DNA of 64,000 nucleotides from SAR86 cluster bacterium SAR86A (GCA_000252525.1 JH611156.1:102219-166218); one strand, 5' to 3'; positions 9,461-20,218 are shown, counted from the stretch's first letter. Notes: generated by a model from the sequence alone, not told the origin. Program-made: numbers and translations.

Positions 9461-9939
9461 TTTGCAGCAGATGGTGTTTTATCTTTCCTCTCAAGTTTCT
9501 TAGAAATAACTAACTTTATTTTAATTTGTCCAAGATCATTAATGTCAAAATTGATATCGCCATGATCATTACAATTTATTGATAGTTTTTCATCCGAATA
9601 CTCTTCCGTATTTTTTCTAAGACAACTGTTTAAGACTTGAAAGTATTTTTTGTTGCTAAAATTATTTACCTCAAAATCAATGTTTTTGATGTCAATTCCG
9701 TCTATTAAAATATTTCCATCATCATAAAGTTCAATTTTGGCTAAATTTCCAACAATGTATTCGTAAAATTGTATAATAATGCGGTTTTGGAAAACTGATA
9801 TGTTGGATTTGATAATATCTGTTTCGTCAAAAATTTTGATTTTAGCATTATAGTTGAGCTCTGATTTGGTAAAATTACTTGAACTTACACAAGAAACTAA
9901 TAAAAAAAAATAAAAAATTAATAAATAATACTTCGTCAT
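9457..9939 (-). CDS. lolB: Outer-membrane lipoprotein LolB (short form)
   Basis: 160 aa. Lipobox LLVSC after a hydrophobic signal peptide. C-terminal GQIKIKLVISK resembles the E. coli LolB end (QRIKLKMDNWIV). Canonical position between hemA (divergent) and ispE. Confidence 0.6.
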   Translation of the reverse strand: MTKYYLLIFYFFLLVSCVSSSNFTKSELNYNAKIKIFDETDIIKSNISVFQNRIIIQFYEYIVGNLAKIELYDDGNILIDGIDIKNIDFEVNNFSNKKYFQVLNSCLRKNTEEYSDEKLSINCNDHGDINFDINDLGQIKIKLVISKKLERKDKTPSAAK

Positions 9940-11170
9940 GGAACTTCAGTTATTTGGCATTAATCATAAAACTTCAAAAGTCTCCGAAAGAGAAAGATTC
10001 ATTATAAATGATACAAATCAAATTTTATTGTCTAGTCATCTAAAAAAGATATTTAAAGATGATATTGAATCTTTTTTTGGTATATCAACCTGTAATAGGA
10101 CTGAGCTTTATTTTGTAGGAAAAAAAGATATTACCAAAAATGTGTTAAATGAGACTTTGAAAGCTCTTCAAGTAAATAATATTTCAGATGACAGTTTCTA
10201 TTTCTTAAGCGGACATGATGCTTTAGTCCACATGAGTAAAGTTGCTTCAGGAATTGACTCACAGGTATTAGGAGAACAAGAAATTTTTGGGCAGTTTAAA
10301 ACTGCTTATAAGAAAGCAAAAGACATTGGCATCGTAGGGAGGGAGCTTATTTACTTATCTGAAAAAGTAATTGAAATTTCCAAAAAAGCAAGAACACAAA
10401 CAAAGATAGGACTAAATTCATTATCAGTAAGCGGACTTGCATTAAAATTAGTAAATAATATTTTTGAGAATCCTCAGGATCAAAATGTTCTTGTAGTCGG
10501 TGCTGGTTCATTAGCACAAAACGTTATTAAAAGACTATACGAAAAAGGCATTGATAAAATTAAATCAATAAATCGTTCAATAAAGAAGATTAAATTAAAT
10601 GATAGTTATGAAATATTTTCTGGCTCACTTGAATCTTTGCATAATGAGTTAGAGCATACTGATATTGTAATAGCATCCTCAACAACAGAATTACCAATAA
10701 TCGGCAAAGGAGCTGTTGAAAATGCCCTTAGAACAAGAAAAAATAAACCCATGTTGCTCATCGATCTTGGTGTACCAAGAAATATTGAGGAGGAAATCAA
10801 AAATATAGAGCAAGCTTACCTTTTCTCAATTGATGACATTGAAAAAATAACTCAAGAAAATATTGGGCAGCGGACAATAGAAGCAGAGAAAGCATTAAAT
10901 ATAATAGCCTTAGAGGCTCAATCTGCACTTGACGGACATTATCAAAAAATATCGAAAGATAATGTAAATAATCAGCTTGAATCTTTTCTAAATAGCCTAT
11001 CAGATAATGAAATTGTTCAGTTTAAACAATCAAATGATTATTCAGAACTTGTAAAAGCTATCAAAACTATGGATGTCGATAATGTAAACTTAAACAATTT
11101 CCAAGAGATAAAGAATTTTGATGATCATATAATTGAATCGATGATAAAAAATTATTTTAATAATGCATGA
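9938..11170 (+). CDS. hemA: Glutamyl-tRNA reductase
   Basis: 410 aa. LFGINHKTSKVSERERF and STCNRTELYF (active-site Cys) plus GAGSLA NADPH fold. Confidence 0.9.
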   Translation: MELQLFGINHKTSKVSERERFIINDTNQILLSSHLKKIFKDDIESFFGISTCNRTELYFVGKKDITKNVLNETLKALQVNNISDDSFYFLSGHDALVHMSKVASGIDSQVLGEQEIFGQFKTAYKKAKDIGIVGRELIYLSEKVIEISKKARTQTKIGLNSLSVSGLALKLVNNIFENPQDQNVLVVGAGSLAQNVIKRLYEKGIDKIKSINRSIKKIKLNDSYEIFSGSLESLHNELEHTDIVIASSTTELPIIGKGAVENALRTRKNKPMLLIDLGVPRNIEEEIKNIEQAYLFSIDDIEKITQENIGQRTIEAEKALNIIALEAQSALDGHYQKISKDNVNNQLESFLNSLSDNEIVQFKQSNDYSELVKAIKTMDVDNVNLNNFQEIKNFDDHIIESMIKNYFNNA

Positions 11171-12248
11171 TTCAATGCTCAATAAGCTTGATCAGTTAAA
11201 AAATAGAATAGCTGAGATCGAAACTCTTTTAGTAGACTCTGAAACAGTTAAAGATATTGAAAAATATACTCAACTAAACAAAGAATTCTCTGAGTTAAAG
11301 CCAATAGTTGCTAAGTTTGATGAATATAAAAAAATTATTAAAAGCATTGATGATGCTAATGAAATAATCAAATCTGGTGATGAAGATCTCAAATTGTTAG
11401 CTGAGGATGATTTAAGAATTAATATAGATAAACCTGAAGCTTTGGAGCAAGAATTAAAATTTATGCTTCTTCCAAAAGACTCTGCTGATGATGGCTCTGC
11501 TTATCTTGAAATAAGAGCTGGTGCTGGCGGTGATGAAGCTGGAATTTTTGCTGGTGATTTATTTCGCATGTATACCAGGCTATCTGAAAGAGAGGGCTGG
11601 AATCTTGAAATAATGGATATAAAACCTTCTGAGCAAGGCGGTCTAAAAGAAGTTGTTGCAAAATTAAATGGAAAAAGTGTTTTTAAGGTTCTTAAATTTG
11701 AGTCAGGAGTTCATAGAGTTCAGAGAGTTCCTGAAACTGAATCACAAGGAAGAATTCATACATCAACCTGCACTGTGGCGGTTTTACCAGAAGTAGAGGA
11801 AGTGCAGGATATAAGTATCGATAAAAATGATCTAAGAGTAGATACTTTTAGGGCGTCTGGTGCTGGAGGACAACACGTTAATAAGACAGATTCGGCTGTT
11901 CGTCTTACTCACATTCCATCTGGTTTAGTTGTTGAGTGCCAGGATGGAAGATCACAACATAAAAACAAAGAAAAAGCTATGTCCCTTTTAGCAGCCAAGT
12001 TAAAACAGCAAGAAATTGATGATCAGCAGGAGAGTATTGCAAGCGAAAGAAAGATTTTAGTTGGTACTGGAGATAGAAGTGAAAAAATAAGGACTTATAA
12101 CTTCCCTCAAGGCAGAATGACAGATCATAGGATAAAGTTAACGCAACATAATTTAGATCAAATTATGGATGGCGACATTAAATCAATATGTGATGCATTG
12201 TTAGCTGAAAATCAATTAGCTATGCTTTCGCAACTTGAATCTGAGTAA
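11163..12248 (+). CDS. prfA: Peptide chain release factor 1
   Basis: 361 aa. GAGGDEAGIFAGDLFRMY and SGAGGQHVNKTDSAVR (GGQ motif). The start could instead be the ATG at 11175. Confidence 0.93.
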   Translation: MHDSMLNKLDQLKNRIAEIETLLVDSETVKDIEKYTQLNKEFSELKPIVAKFDEYKKIIKSIDDANEIIKSGDEDLKLLAEDDLRINIDKPEALEQELKFMLLPKDSADDGSAYLEIRAGAGGDEAGIFAGDLFRMYTRLSEREGWNLEIMDIKPSEQGGLKEVVAKLNGKSVFKVLKFESGVHRVQRVPETESQGRIHTSTCTVAVLPEVEEVQDISIDKNDLRVDTFRASGAGGQHVNKTDSAVRLTHIPSGLVVECQDGRSQHKNKEKAMSLLAAKLKQQEIDDQQESIASERKILVGTGDRSEKIRTYNFPQGRMTDHRIKLTQHNLDQIMDGDIKSICDALLAENQLAMLSQLESE

Positions 12249-13058
12249 TTGAGTAAAACATTAGGACAATACAAAATTTTATTTGATGGATTGAATATTC
12301 ATGAGGAACTAAACTTTTTTTTAAAAGAAAAATTAAAATTCAATGATCAAGATACCCTTATAAATAATGAGAGAATTCTTACAAAACATCAACAAAATCT
12401 GATTGAACAATTCCTAGAACAAAAGAAGCAAGGAGTTCCATTAGATTACATATTAAATTCAACGGATTTTTACGAAAATAGATTTTATGTTGATGAAAGG
12501 GTATTAATCCCAAGACCAGAAACAGAAATTTTGGTTGATTATGTAAATAATCATCTTTCATCTCGAACCAAAGTGTTAGATGCTGGTACTGGGTCTGGAT
12601 GTATTGGAATTTCAATTGCTCTAAAAAATCCAAGTTTAAATGTGTATGGCTCAGATCATTCAGTGGACGCTTTAAATGTTGCTTTGATTAACAAGAATAT
12701 CCTTAATGTAAATAATTTTTCTCTTGTTCATGCAGACTGGCTTTCATCTTTTAAAAAAGCATCTTTTGATTTAATAGTAAGTAATCCTCCTTACATCGCA
12801 GATCAAGATCCTCACTTAGAAAATCTTCAACATGAACCTAATAAGGCACTAGTAGCAAAGGATTATGGACTCCGGGATATAAGATTAATTATTGAACAGT
12901 CAACTGAAGTTCTGAAGAGGGGAGGCTTGTTGATATTGGAACATGGATATCAGCAACAAGAGGAAGTTGAGAATATTTTTAAAAAAAATCATTTTTCAAA
13001 TGTTTCAAATTTAAAAGACTTTCAGGAGCTTCCAAGGATTACTTTAGGAACTTTCTAA
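12249..13058 (+). CDS. prmC: Release-factor glutamine N5-methyltransferase
   Basis: 269 aa with a TTG start directly after the prfA stop. IPRPETE, GTGSGCIGISIA SAM motif and the NPPY catalytic motif. Confidence 0.88.
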   Translation: MSKTLGQYKILFDGLNIHEELNFFLKEKLKFNDQDTLINNERILTKHQQNLIEQFLEQKKQGVPLDYILNSTDFYENRFYVDERVLIPRPETEILVDYVNNHLSSRTKVLDAGTGSGCIGISIALKNPSLNVYGSDHSVDALNVALINKNILNVNNFSLVHADWLSSFKKASFDLIVSNPPYIADQDPHLENLQHEPNKALVAKDYGLRDIRLIIEQSTEVLKRGGLLILEHGYQQQEEVENIFKKNHFSNVSNLKDFQELPRITLGTF

Positions 13059-13064
13059 ATTATC

Positions 13065-14519
13065 TCAAGTACCACAATAAGTAACATATCGCTCATCTGA
13101 ACATGAGGGTTCTGTGTAACTCTCATATCCATTTTTTTCTGTAAAAGGCTCTTTTAATAACTCAGCAATCAAATTAATTTTTTTCATGTCTCCAGTAACA
13201 GCATTTATGATAGCGTCTTCAACTAAATGATTTCTTGGAATATAGCATGGATTATAAGAATCCATTGTTTTTGAAACTTTTAATTTTGTTAGTTTTTTTA
13301 ATGATAATAAATTTAAAAATTCAAAATACCAGTTATTGAAATTTTTAACATTTTTGAAAACTGTATCATCAATTTTTTTATTATCAGATAATAATTTTCC
13401 TAAATCTCTAAAAGACAATACAAAGTCAACACTATTGTCCATTAGGATTTTTAGATAGTTATTTACTAAATTCATCACTTCTTGATCAACATTTTTTAAA
13501 CCAAATTTTTTACTCATTTCTATGTAAAAATATTCTTGATAGGTAGGCATTGCTAAATTGAGAACCTCGGACAACTCTATAACAGCCTTTTCTTTATTTT
13601 TATCAACCAATGGAATAAACGCCTCTGCAAGCTTGGATAAGTTCCAAATCATTATTGCAGGTTGATTTTTATATGAGTACCTTCCATGTTTATCAATTGA
13701 GCTGAAGTAGATGCTTGGATTATATTCATCCATGAAAGCGCATGGCCCATAATCAATAGTCTCACCTGAGACTAACATATTATCTGTATTCATTACCCCA
13801 TGAACAAAACCAACTCCCATCCATTTTGAAATCAAAAATGATTGTCTATCACAAATAGCAGCAAATAAGCTTATATACTTATTATCGGCATCAGAAAGCT
13901 CCGGATAATGTCTTTTAATTACATAGTCTGCAAGCGTCTCTAAACTATTGGGTTTAAAATATGATACGTACTCAAAAGTACCAATTCTAATGTGGCTATT
14001 TGCAACTCTTGCTAAGATACCTCCTGGTGTTTCTTCATCTCTAAAAACGTTTTCATTAGACTTAATCGCCATTAATGACCTTGTAGTAGGAATATTTACT
14101 GAATTCATAAATTCACTAATTACATACTCCCTCAGTACTGGACCTAAAGCAGATTTGCCATCACCTCTCTTTGAAAAAGGAGTTTGACCACTCCCTTTTA
14201 ATTGGATATCTTTTTGATTTATCTCACCAAGTAATATTGCTCTTCCATCACCCATTTGAGGATTGAAATTACCATATTGATGTCCGGAGTATGCTTGAGC
14301 AATTGGTATAGAATTTTCTAAAACAATGCGTCCAGAAAATATATTCAAACATTCCTTAGAATCCAAAAATGATTCATCTATCCCAAGTTCAGCAGCTAAA
14401 GAATAGTTTCTAAGAAGAATTTCAGATTTATTAAAACTAGTGGGCGAGCACCTTTCACATATTGCATTAAGTTCATTTGCATAGGTATTTTCAAAACCAA
14501 TGTTGTTAAGAGATTTCAT
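13065..14519 (-). CDS. selO: Protein adenylyltransferase SelO (YdiU family pseudokinase)
   Basis: GHQYGNFNPQMGDGRAILLGE and GFVHGVMNTDNM SelO signatures. C-terminal ...TYCGT has Cys at the position of eukaryotic Sec. The ATG at 14519 is preferred over the track TTG at 14531. Confidence 0.85.
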   Translation of the reverse strand: MKSLNNIGFENTYANELNAICERCSPTSFNKSEILLRNYSLAAELGIDESFLDSKECLNIFSGRIVLENSIPIAQAYSGHQYGNFNPQMGDGRAILLGEINQKDIQLKGSGQTPFSKRGDGKSALGPVLREYVISEFMNSVNIPTTRSLMAIKSNENVFRDEETPGGILARVANSHIRIGTFEYVSYFKPNSLETLADYVIKRHYPELSDADNKYISLFAAICDRQSFLISKWMGVGFVHGVMNTDNMLVSGETIDYGPCAFMDEYNPSIYFSSIDKHGRYSYKNQPAIMIWNLSKLAEAFIPLVDKNKEKAVIELSEVLNLAMPTYQEYFYIEMSKKFGLKNVDQEVMNLVNNYLKILMDNSVDFVLSFRDLGKLLSDNKKIDDTVFKNVKNFNNWYFEFLNLLSLKKLTKLKVSKTMDSYNPCYIPRNHLVEDAIINAVTGDMKKINLIAELLKEPFTEKNGYESYTEPSCSDERYVTYCGT

Positions 14520-14527
14520 TTTTAAAC

Positions 14528-15193
14528 TCAATCAATAAATTTAACAAAGGAGCTTAGTTCTTCTCTTTTAGTACGGTATTGATTTATAGGATGAGAAGAG
14601 TCTTCGAAACCAATTGCAACGCCACACCAAACAATTTCATTATCTGGATGTTTCGTAAATTCCTTAACTGTCTTTGGATAAATAGACCATGATTCTTGAA
14701 GACAAATACCTAGTCCGTGATGAATTGCAGATAACCAAAGATTCTCAAGGAACATACCAACATGTCCCCATCCATTTTTTCCAAATGATCTATCTATGGT
14801 AACTATCATTCCGATTGGAGCTCCAAAAAATTTATAATTTTCTCTTATTTGTTTGAATCGTGAATCTAAATCATCCTCTTTTATTGAAAGCGCATTGTAC
14901 ATATCAGCACCACATTCGTATCGTCTTTTTTTATATTCATCTGCTAAAGGTTTTGGATAAATTTCATATTCAATCTCCTCCTGAACTCCATTATCAAAAT
15001 TATGTAAAGTTTTTTCAGATAATGACTTTTTTGCATTTTCATTTAACACATACACCTTCCAAGGTTGGATATTTCCTCCTGATGGAGCAGATCCTGCAGT
15101 TTTTAATATTTCTTTTATTAATTCAATGCTAGGAACTTGGTCGGTAAAAGCTCTAACCGAGAATCTTTTTTCAATGCCTTCTTTAATGTTCAT
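14528..15193 (-). CDS. Nitroreductase-family flavoprotein
   Basis: 221 aa. RFSVRAF and APSGGNIQPW motifs of the FMN nitroreductase fold. Its stop lies 8 nt upstream of the selO ATG. Confidence 0.75.
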   Translation of the reverse strand: MNIKEGIEKRFSVRAFTDQVPSIELIKEILKTAGSAPSGGNIQPWKVYVLNENAKKSLSEKTLHNFDNGVQEEIEYEIYPKPLADEYKKRRYECGADMYNALSIKEDDLDSRFKQIRENYKFFGAPIGMIVTIDRSFGKNGWGHVGMFLENLWLSAIHHGLGICLQESWSIYPKTVKEFTKHPDNEIVWCGVAIGFEDSSHPINQYRTKREELSSFVKFID

Positions 15194-15260
15194 AATTTAG
15201 TTATCAAATAATGTAGGTTCTTATATAATTTATATCAAACATCTTAAGGGAGCAATTCAA

Positions 15261-16877
15261 ATGATTGGAGATATGCAAACATGGACACCAAACGTTGCGG
15301 GTATTATTGAACACGCAAGAGAAATTCATCCAAAAACGGAGATTATCAGTAGGCTTGTATCTGGAGAGATTCATCGATCAAATTACGAAAATGTTTGTAT
15401 TAGAGCCAGAAAGTTAGCATCTGCTCTTGAAAAAGATGGAATTCAGAATGGAGATGTTGTTGCGACATTAGCTCTAAATACATATAGACACTTAGAAATG
15501 TATTACGGAATATCTGGGATGGGTGCTGTTACACATACTTTAAACTTCAGGTTACATCCAGAACAAGCTGTTTACATAATTAATCATGCAGAGGACAAAA
15601 TGATTTTTGTTGAGCTACCATTTGTTCCAATTCTCGAAGCACTTCAAGATAATCTTAAAACAGTAGAAAAATATGTTGTTCTTTGTGAAGTAGAGGAGAT
15701 GCCTAAAACATCCCTAAAAAATGCAATTTCGTATGAAGAGTATATAGAAGACGGTGATGAAAATTATAAATGGCCAAATCTAGCTGATGATGCTGCATGT
15801 GCTTTGTGTTATACATCAGGCACTACTGGTAATCCAAAAGGAGTATTGTATAGCCATAAATCTAATATTATTCATGCACAAGCTTCATTGACTGCTTTGA
15901 CAATTCAATCAGATGATTCAATTTTAATGGTTGTTCCTTTATTTCATGTCTTAGCTTGGGGAATTCCTTATTTTGGTGCCATGAACGGATTAAAGCTGGT
16001 CATGCCTGGTATGCAAATGGAAGGAGAGCCTTTGTACGAATTAATTGACCAAGAAGATGTGACGCTTGCTTTTGGTGTTCCTACAATTTGGATGGGTCTA
16101 TTAGCTTATTGTAGAGAAAATAACAAAATTCTAACCTCAGTTAGAAATACCATTATTGGAGGGTCTGCTTTATCTTTAGCCACTCTTCAAGAATTTGATG
16201 AAGTTCATGATGTAAATGTTATTCATGCGTGGGGTATGACTGAAATGAGTCCATTAGGTACAACTAATGTTCCTACACAAGAAATGAAAAACATGCCAAA
16301 AGAAGAAAAATATGCAATTCAATTAAAACAAGGTAGGCCTATATATGGTGTAGAGCTAAAAGTTGTTGACGACCAAGGAAATGAGCTTCCAAAAGATGGA
16401 AAATCTCAAGGGCATTTAATGGTTAGGGGCCCATGGATTTTACAAAAGTATTTCAAAGCTGAAAAAGATGCAGTCGATGCTGACGGTTGGTTTGATACGG
16501 GTGATATTTCTGTGCTTGATGAAGATGGTTACATGACTATAAAGGACAGAGCGAAAGATGTAATTAAATCAGGTGGAGAATGGATAAGTTCTATTGATTT
16601 AGAGAATGCTGCTTTCGGCCATCCAGAAATAGCTGAAGCATGTGTTGTGGGTATTCCTCATCCAAAATGGGATGAAAGACCAATGCTATTTGTTGTAACA
16701 AATTCAGGTGATCCAATTGAAAAAGACAGCATTATTGAATTTTTGACTGATAAAGTTGCTAAATGGTGGCTTCCAGATGAAATAGTTTTCTTAAAAGAAT
16801 TACCTCACGGTGCCACAGGTAAACTACAAAAGTTTGAATTAAGAGAAGAATATAATAATTATTATATGGAGCAGTAA
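15261..16877 (+). CDS. Acyl-CoA synthetase (AMP-forming, fatty-acid-CoA ligase family)
   Basis: 538 aa. [15 protein letters not shown]-binding motif, [32 protein letters not shown] upstream. Confidence 0.85.
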   Translation: MIGDMQTWTPNVAGIIEHAREIHPKTEIISRLVSGEIHRSNYENVCIRARKLASALEKDGIQNGDVVATLALNTYRHLEMYYGISGMGAVTHTLNFRLHPEQAVYIINHAEDKMIFVELPFVPILEALQDNLKTVEKYVVLCEVEEMPKTSLKNAISYEEYIEDGDENYKWPNLADDAACALCYTSGTTGNPKGVLYSHKSNIIHAQASLTALTIQSDDSILMVVPLFHVLAWGIPYFGAMNGLKLVMPGMQMEGEPLYELIDQEDVTLAFGVPTIWMGLLAYCRENNKILTSVRNTIIGGSALSLATLQEFDEVHDVNVIHAWGMTEMSPLGTTNVPTQEMKNMPKEEKYAIQLKQGRPIYGVELKVVDDQGNELPKDGKSQGHLMVRGPWILQKYFKAEKDAVDADGWFDTGDISVLDEDGYMTIKDRAKDVIKSGGEWISSIDLENAAFGHPEIAEACVVGIPHPKWDERPMLFVVTNSGDPIEKDSIIEFLTDKVAKWWLPDEIVFLKELPHGATGKLQKFELREEYNNYYMEQ

Positions 16878-16878
16878 T

Positions 16879-17340
16879 ATGATGAAAGTTATAAATCCAT
16901 CTGAGATAGATTCAGTTATAGGTACCGAAGTAGGTGTATCTGACTGGGTTTTGATAGATCAAGATAGAATCAATAAGTTTGCAGATGCAACAATGGATCA
17001 TCAATTTATTCATGTTGATCCAGAACAAGCTACACCTGTATTCGGATCAACGATTGCGCATGGTTTTTTGTCTTTGTCACTAGTTGCAGGGATTCCTTTT
17101 GATCAAGAAATTGGTTTGGTTTTAGAGGGCACCAAGATGGGACTCAATTATGGACTAGACAAGGTAAGGTTTCTAAGTCCTGTCCCAGTAGATTCTGAAG
17201 TAAGAATACGCATGAAATGCATTGATATTTCTGAGAAAAATCCTGGTCAGTACCTTGCAAAAACAGAAGTTACAATGGAAATAAAAGGTATTGAAAAACC
17301 TGCTTTTGTTGCAGAAACTTTAAGCATGTTTGTTTTATAA
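16879..17340 (+). CDS. MaoC-like (R)-specific enoyl-CoA hydratase, hot-dog fold
   Basis: 153 aa. DHQFIHVDPEQA....IAHG hydratase-2 motif. 1-nt spacer after the acyl-CoA synthetase. Confidence 0.75.
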   Translation: MMKVINPSEIDSVIGTEVGVSDWVLIDQDRINKFADATMDHQFIHVDPEQATPVFGSTIAHGFLSLSLVAGIPFDQEIGLVLEGTKMGLNYGLDKVRFLSPVPVDSEVRIRMKCIDISEKNPGQYLAKTEVTMEIKGIEKPAFVAETLSMFVL

Positions 17341-17342
17341 AC

Positions 17343-18770
17343 CTATTTAAGCAATCTTCTTAAAATATCATTCACACTCTTTGGATTTGCTTTCCCTTGA
17401 GTCTCTTTCATTACCTGACCAACAAAAAATCCGAATAGTTTATCTTTTCCATTTAAATATGCTGAAACTTGATCAGGATTTGACTGAATTACTTTTTGAG
17501 CGATATCTTCAAGAATTGATTCATCTTGAATTTGAACAAGTCCCTTTGTTTCAATCACCTTATCAACATCTGAACCATTTTCCCATATATCCTCAAGAAC
17601 TGATTTAGCAATTTTTCCAGATATTGTATTATCAGTAATCCTTTCAATTAATTTACCAAAGTTTTCAGCAGATAATTTAGATTCGTCAATTTCGATATTA
17701 TCTTTGTTGAGAAGCGCACTTACATCGCCTACAAGCCATTTAGCAACTAATTTTGCATCGTTTGTTTTGGCAGAAGCTTCCTCAAACATATTCGCCATAG
17801 CTTTTGATGAGGAAATAATTACTGCTTCAGACTTATCAAGACCAATATCTTCAACATATCTTTTTTCTTTCTCTTCTGGGAGTTCAGGTAGATTTTCTTT
17901 AATTTCTATTAACTCTTTATCAGAAATTACAACTGGCAGAAGATCTGGACAGGGGAAATATCTATAATCATTTGCTTCTTCCTTTGAACGCATTGACCTA
18001 GTCTCATTTTTTTCACTATCATAAAGTCGAGTTTCCTGAACTACTGATTCACCGTTTTCGAGTAGTTTAGTTTGCCTATCTATTTCAAAGTTTATTGCCT
18101 TCTCAATAAATTTAAATGAATTAATATTTTTTAGCTCAGCTCTTGTACCTAGCTCACTTGAATCATTTTTTTTAATTGAAACATTAACATCGCATCGCAT
18201 TGATCCTTCAGCCATGTTTCCATCACATATGTCTAAAAAAGTAACCAGTTGTCTAATTGCTTTAAAGTATGCAACAGCTTCTTTCGCATTTGATATCTCT
18301 GGCTCAGACACGATTTCAAGCAGAGGTGTGCCTGCTCTGTTTAAGTCAACACCAGTTTCTCCATCGAATAGATCATGAATTGATTTACCAGCATCTTCCT
18401 CAAGATGAGCTCTAGTAATATTAATAACTTTTTCAGACCCGTCTAAATATATTTTAATAGAGCCTTTTTCAACAATTGGTTTAGTCATTTGAGTTATTTG
18501 ATAGCCTTTAGGAAGATCTGGATAAAAATAATTTTTTCTATCAAAAGACGACGTCTGATTTATTTTTGCACCAGTAGCAAGTCCGAACCTTATAGCTTTA
18601 TAGAAAGCTTCTTTATTGGCAACTGGAAGGACTCCAGGCAATCCCATATCTATTAAATCAACATGAGTATTAGCTTCAGCACCAAATTCTGTTGATCCAC
18701 CTGAGAAAAGTTTAGACTTTGTTGAAAGTTGTACATGAATTTCTAGACCAATTACAGTTTCCCAGCTCAT
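17343..18770 (-). CDS. gatB: Asp/Glu-tRNA amidotransferase subunit B
   Basis: 475 aa. WETVIGLEIHVQLSTKSKLF N-terminus and a C-terminal YqeY-like domain. gatCAB order. Confidence 0.95.
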   Translation of the reverse strand: MSWETVIGLEIHVQLSTKSKLFSGGSTEFGAEANTHVDLIDMGLPGVLPVANKEAFYKAIRFGLATGAKINQTSSFDRKNYFYPDLPKGYQITQMTKPIVEKGSIKIYLDGSEKVINITRAHLEEDAGKSIHDLFDGETGVDLNRAGTPLLEIVSEPEISNAKEAVAYFKAIRQLVTFLDICDGNMAEGSMRCDVNVSIKKNDSSELGTRAELKNINSFKFIEKAINFEIDRQTKLLENGESVVQETRLYDSEKNETRSMRSKEEANDYRYFPCPDLLPVVISDKELIEIKENLPELPEEKEKRYVEDIGLDKSEAVIISSSKAMANMFEEASAKTNDAKLVAKWLVGDVSALLNKDNIEIDESKLSAENFGKLIERITDNTISGKIAKSVLEDIWENGSDVDKVIETKGLVQIQDESILEDIAQKVIQSNPDQVSAYLNGKDKLFGFFVGQVMKETQGKANPKSVNDILRRLLK

Positions 18771-20218
18771 TACTTAATTCCCTCTGGTGTATGCATATGC
18801 CAATTAGTTTCACTTTGATACATATGAGCAAAATTCAAAATTGAGCTTTCATCTAAAAAGTTACCAATTATCTGCAGACCAATTGGTTTGTTATCAATAA
18901 AACCATTTGGCAGTGATAAAGCTGGTAATCCTGCAAGATTTGCAGAGATTGTAAATAAATCTTCCAAATACATTTGAATAGGATCATTTCCCTTTGAGCC
19001 AATTTCAAATGCAGGCCCTCGGGTGGTAGGAGTCATAATTACATCAACATTAGAAAAAGCATTCTCAAAATCATTTTTAATAAGCCTTCTTACTTGTTGC
19101 GCTTTCTTGTAATATGCATCGTAATAACCGGCCGATAAAACATAAGACCCAATTAAAATTCTTCTCTTTACCTCATCTCCAAAACCTTCACTACGAGTAT
19201 TTACATATAATTCTTCTAAATCTTTTGTATGCTCAGATCGACGACCGAATTTTACACCATCAAATCTAGACAAGTTTGAAGAGCATTCTGCTGGAGCTAC
19301 AACATAATAAGTTGGAACAGATAAAGCTAAGTTGGGTAGGGATATATCTACCAAATCTGCTCCCAATGATTGAAATTCTTTGAGTGAATTTTCAAATACT
19401 TCTACAACATCATTATCAAGATTCGATAAATCGAGATCTTTTACAATACCAATTTTTTTTCCTTTTAATGGTTTATTTAAGTTTTCCTGAAAATTAGGGA
19501 CAGTTTCGTCTAATGATGTTGTGTCTTTTTCATCATGCGAGCACATTTCATTCAATAAAATAGCACAATCTTCTGCTGTCCTTGCCATCGGACCTGCTTG
19601 GTCAAGACTTGAAGCAAAGGCAATCATTCCCCATCTAGAAATTCTACCGTATGTTGGTTTAATGCCTGTGATACCACATAGAGAGGCAGGTTGCCTTATT
19701 GAGCCTCCTGTGTCTGTTCCAGATGCTGCTGGGACTATCCCAGCTGCAACAGCAGCTGCTGCACCACCAGAACTCCCTCCAGGTACCAAATTTTCACCCC
19801 ATGGGTTATGAACATTTCCAAAAAAACTTGTTTCGTTTGAAGAGCCCATGGCAAATTCATCCATATTTGTTTTGCCAACTGAAATGCAGCCTGCATTTTC
19901 TAAATTTTCTATTACAGTAGCAGTATACGGCGGCACAAAATTATTAAGAATATTTGAACCACATGTTGTTCGAAGACCTTTTGTACAAAATAAGTCTTTT
20001 TGCGCAATAGGTATTCCCGCAAGTGATAGTTCTGAAGGATTATTATCAAAGTATTCAGCCTTTTTTATAGAGTTTTCTTCATTTAAGGTAATAAAGGCAT
20101 TTAAGCCCTTGTTATCATCTATAAGATTAAATACTTCTTGAATGATTTCTTTATTTGAAATCTCTTTTTGAGAAATCATTTCTTTGAATTCTTTTACTGA
20201 TTTATATTTAATTGTCAC
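18770..20218 (-). CDS. gatA: Asp/Glu-tRNA amidotransferase subunit A
   Basis: 482 aa. Amidase signature GGSSGGAAAAVAAG...GTDTGGSIRQPA. Confidence 0.95.
   Translation of the reverse strand: MTIKYKSVKEFKEMISQKEISNKEIIQEVFNLIDDNKGLNAFITLNEENSIKKAEYFDNNPSELSLAGIPIAQKDLFCTKGLRTTCGSNILNNFVPPYTATVIENLENAGCISVGKTNMDEFAMGSSNETSFFGNVHNPWGENLVPGGSSGGAAAAVAAGIVPAASGTDTGGSIRQPASLCGITGIKPTYGRISRWGMIAFASSLDQAGPMARTAEDCAILLNEMCSHDEKDTTSLDETVPNFQENLNKPLKGKKIGIVKDLDLSNLDNDVVEVFENSLKEFQSLGADLVDISLPNLALSVPTYYVVAPAECSSNLSRFDGVKFGRRSEHTKDLEELYVNTRSEGFGDEVKRRILIGSYVLSAGYYDAYYKKAQQVRRLIKNDFENAFSNVDVIMTPTTRGPAFEIGSKGNDPIQMYLEDLFTISANLAGLPALSLPNGFIDNKPIGLQIIGNFLDESSILNFAHMYQSETNWHMHTPEGIK

Noticed and set aside
11163-12248. 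A check for a programmed +1 frameshift in the release-factor gene.
   Set aside because: The gene is prfA (RF1), which is not frameshift-regulated. The ORF is continuous.
13065-13100. Possible selenocysteine recoding at the SelO C-terminus.
   Set aside because: The penultimate region encodes Cys (..TYCGT) with an ordinary codon, and there is no in-frame TGA. Cys at this position is the normal bacterial state of SelO.
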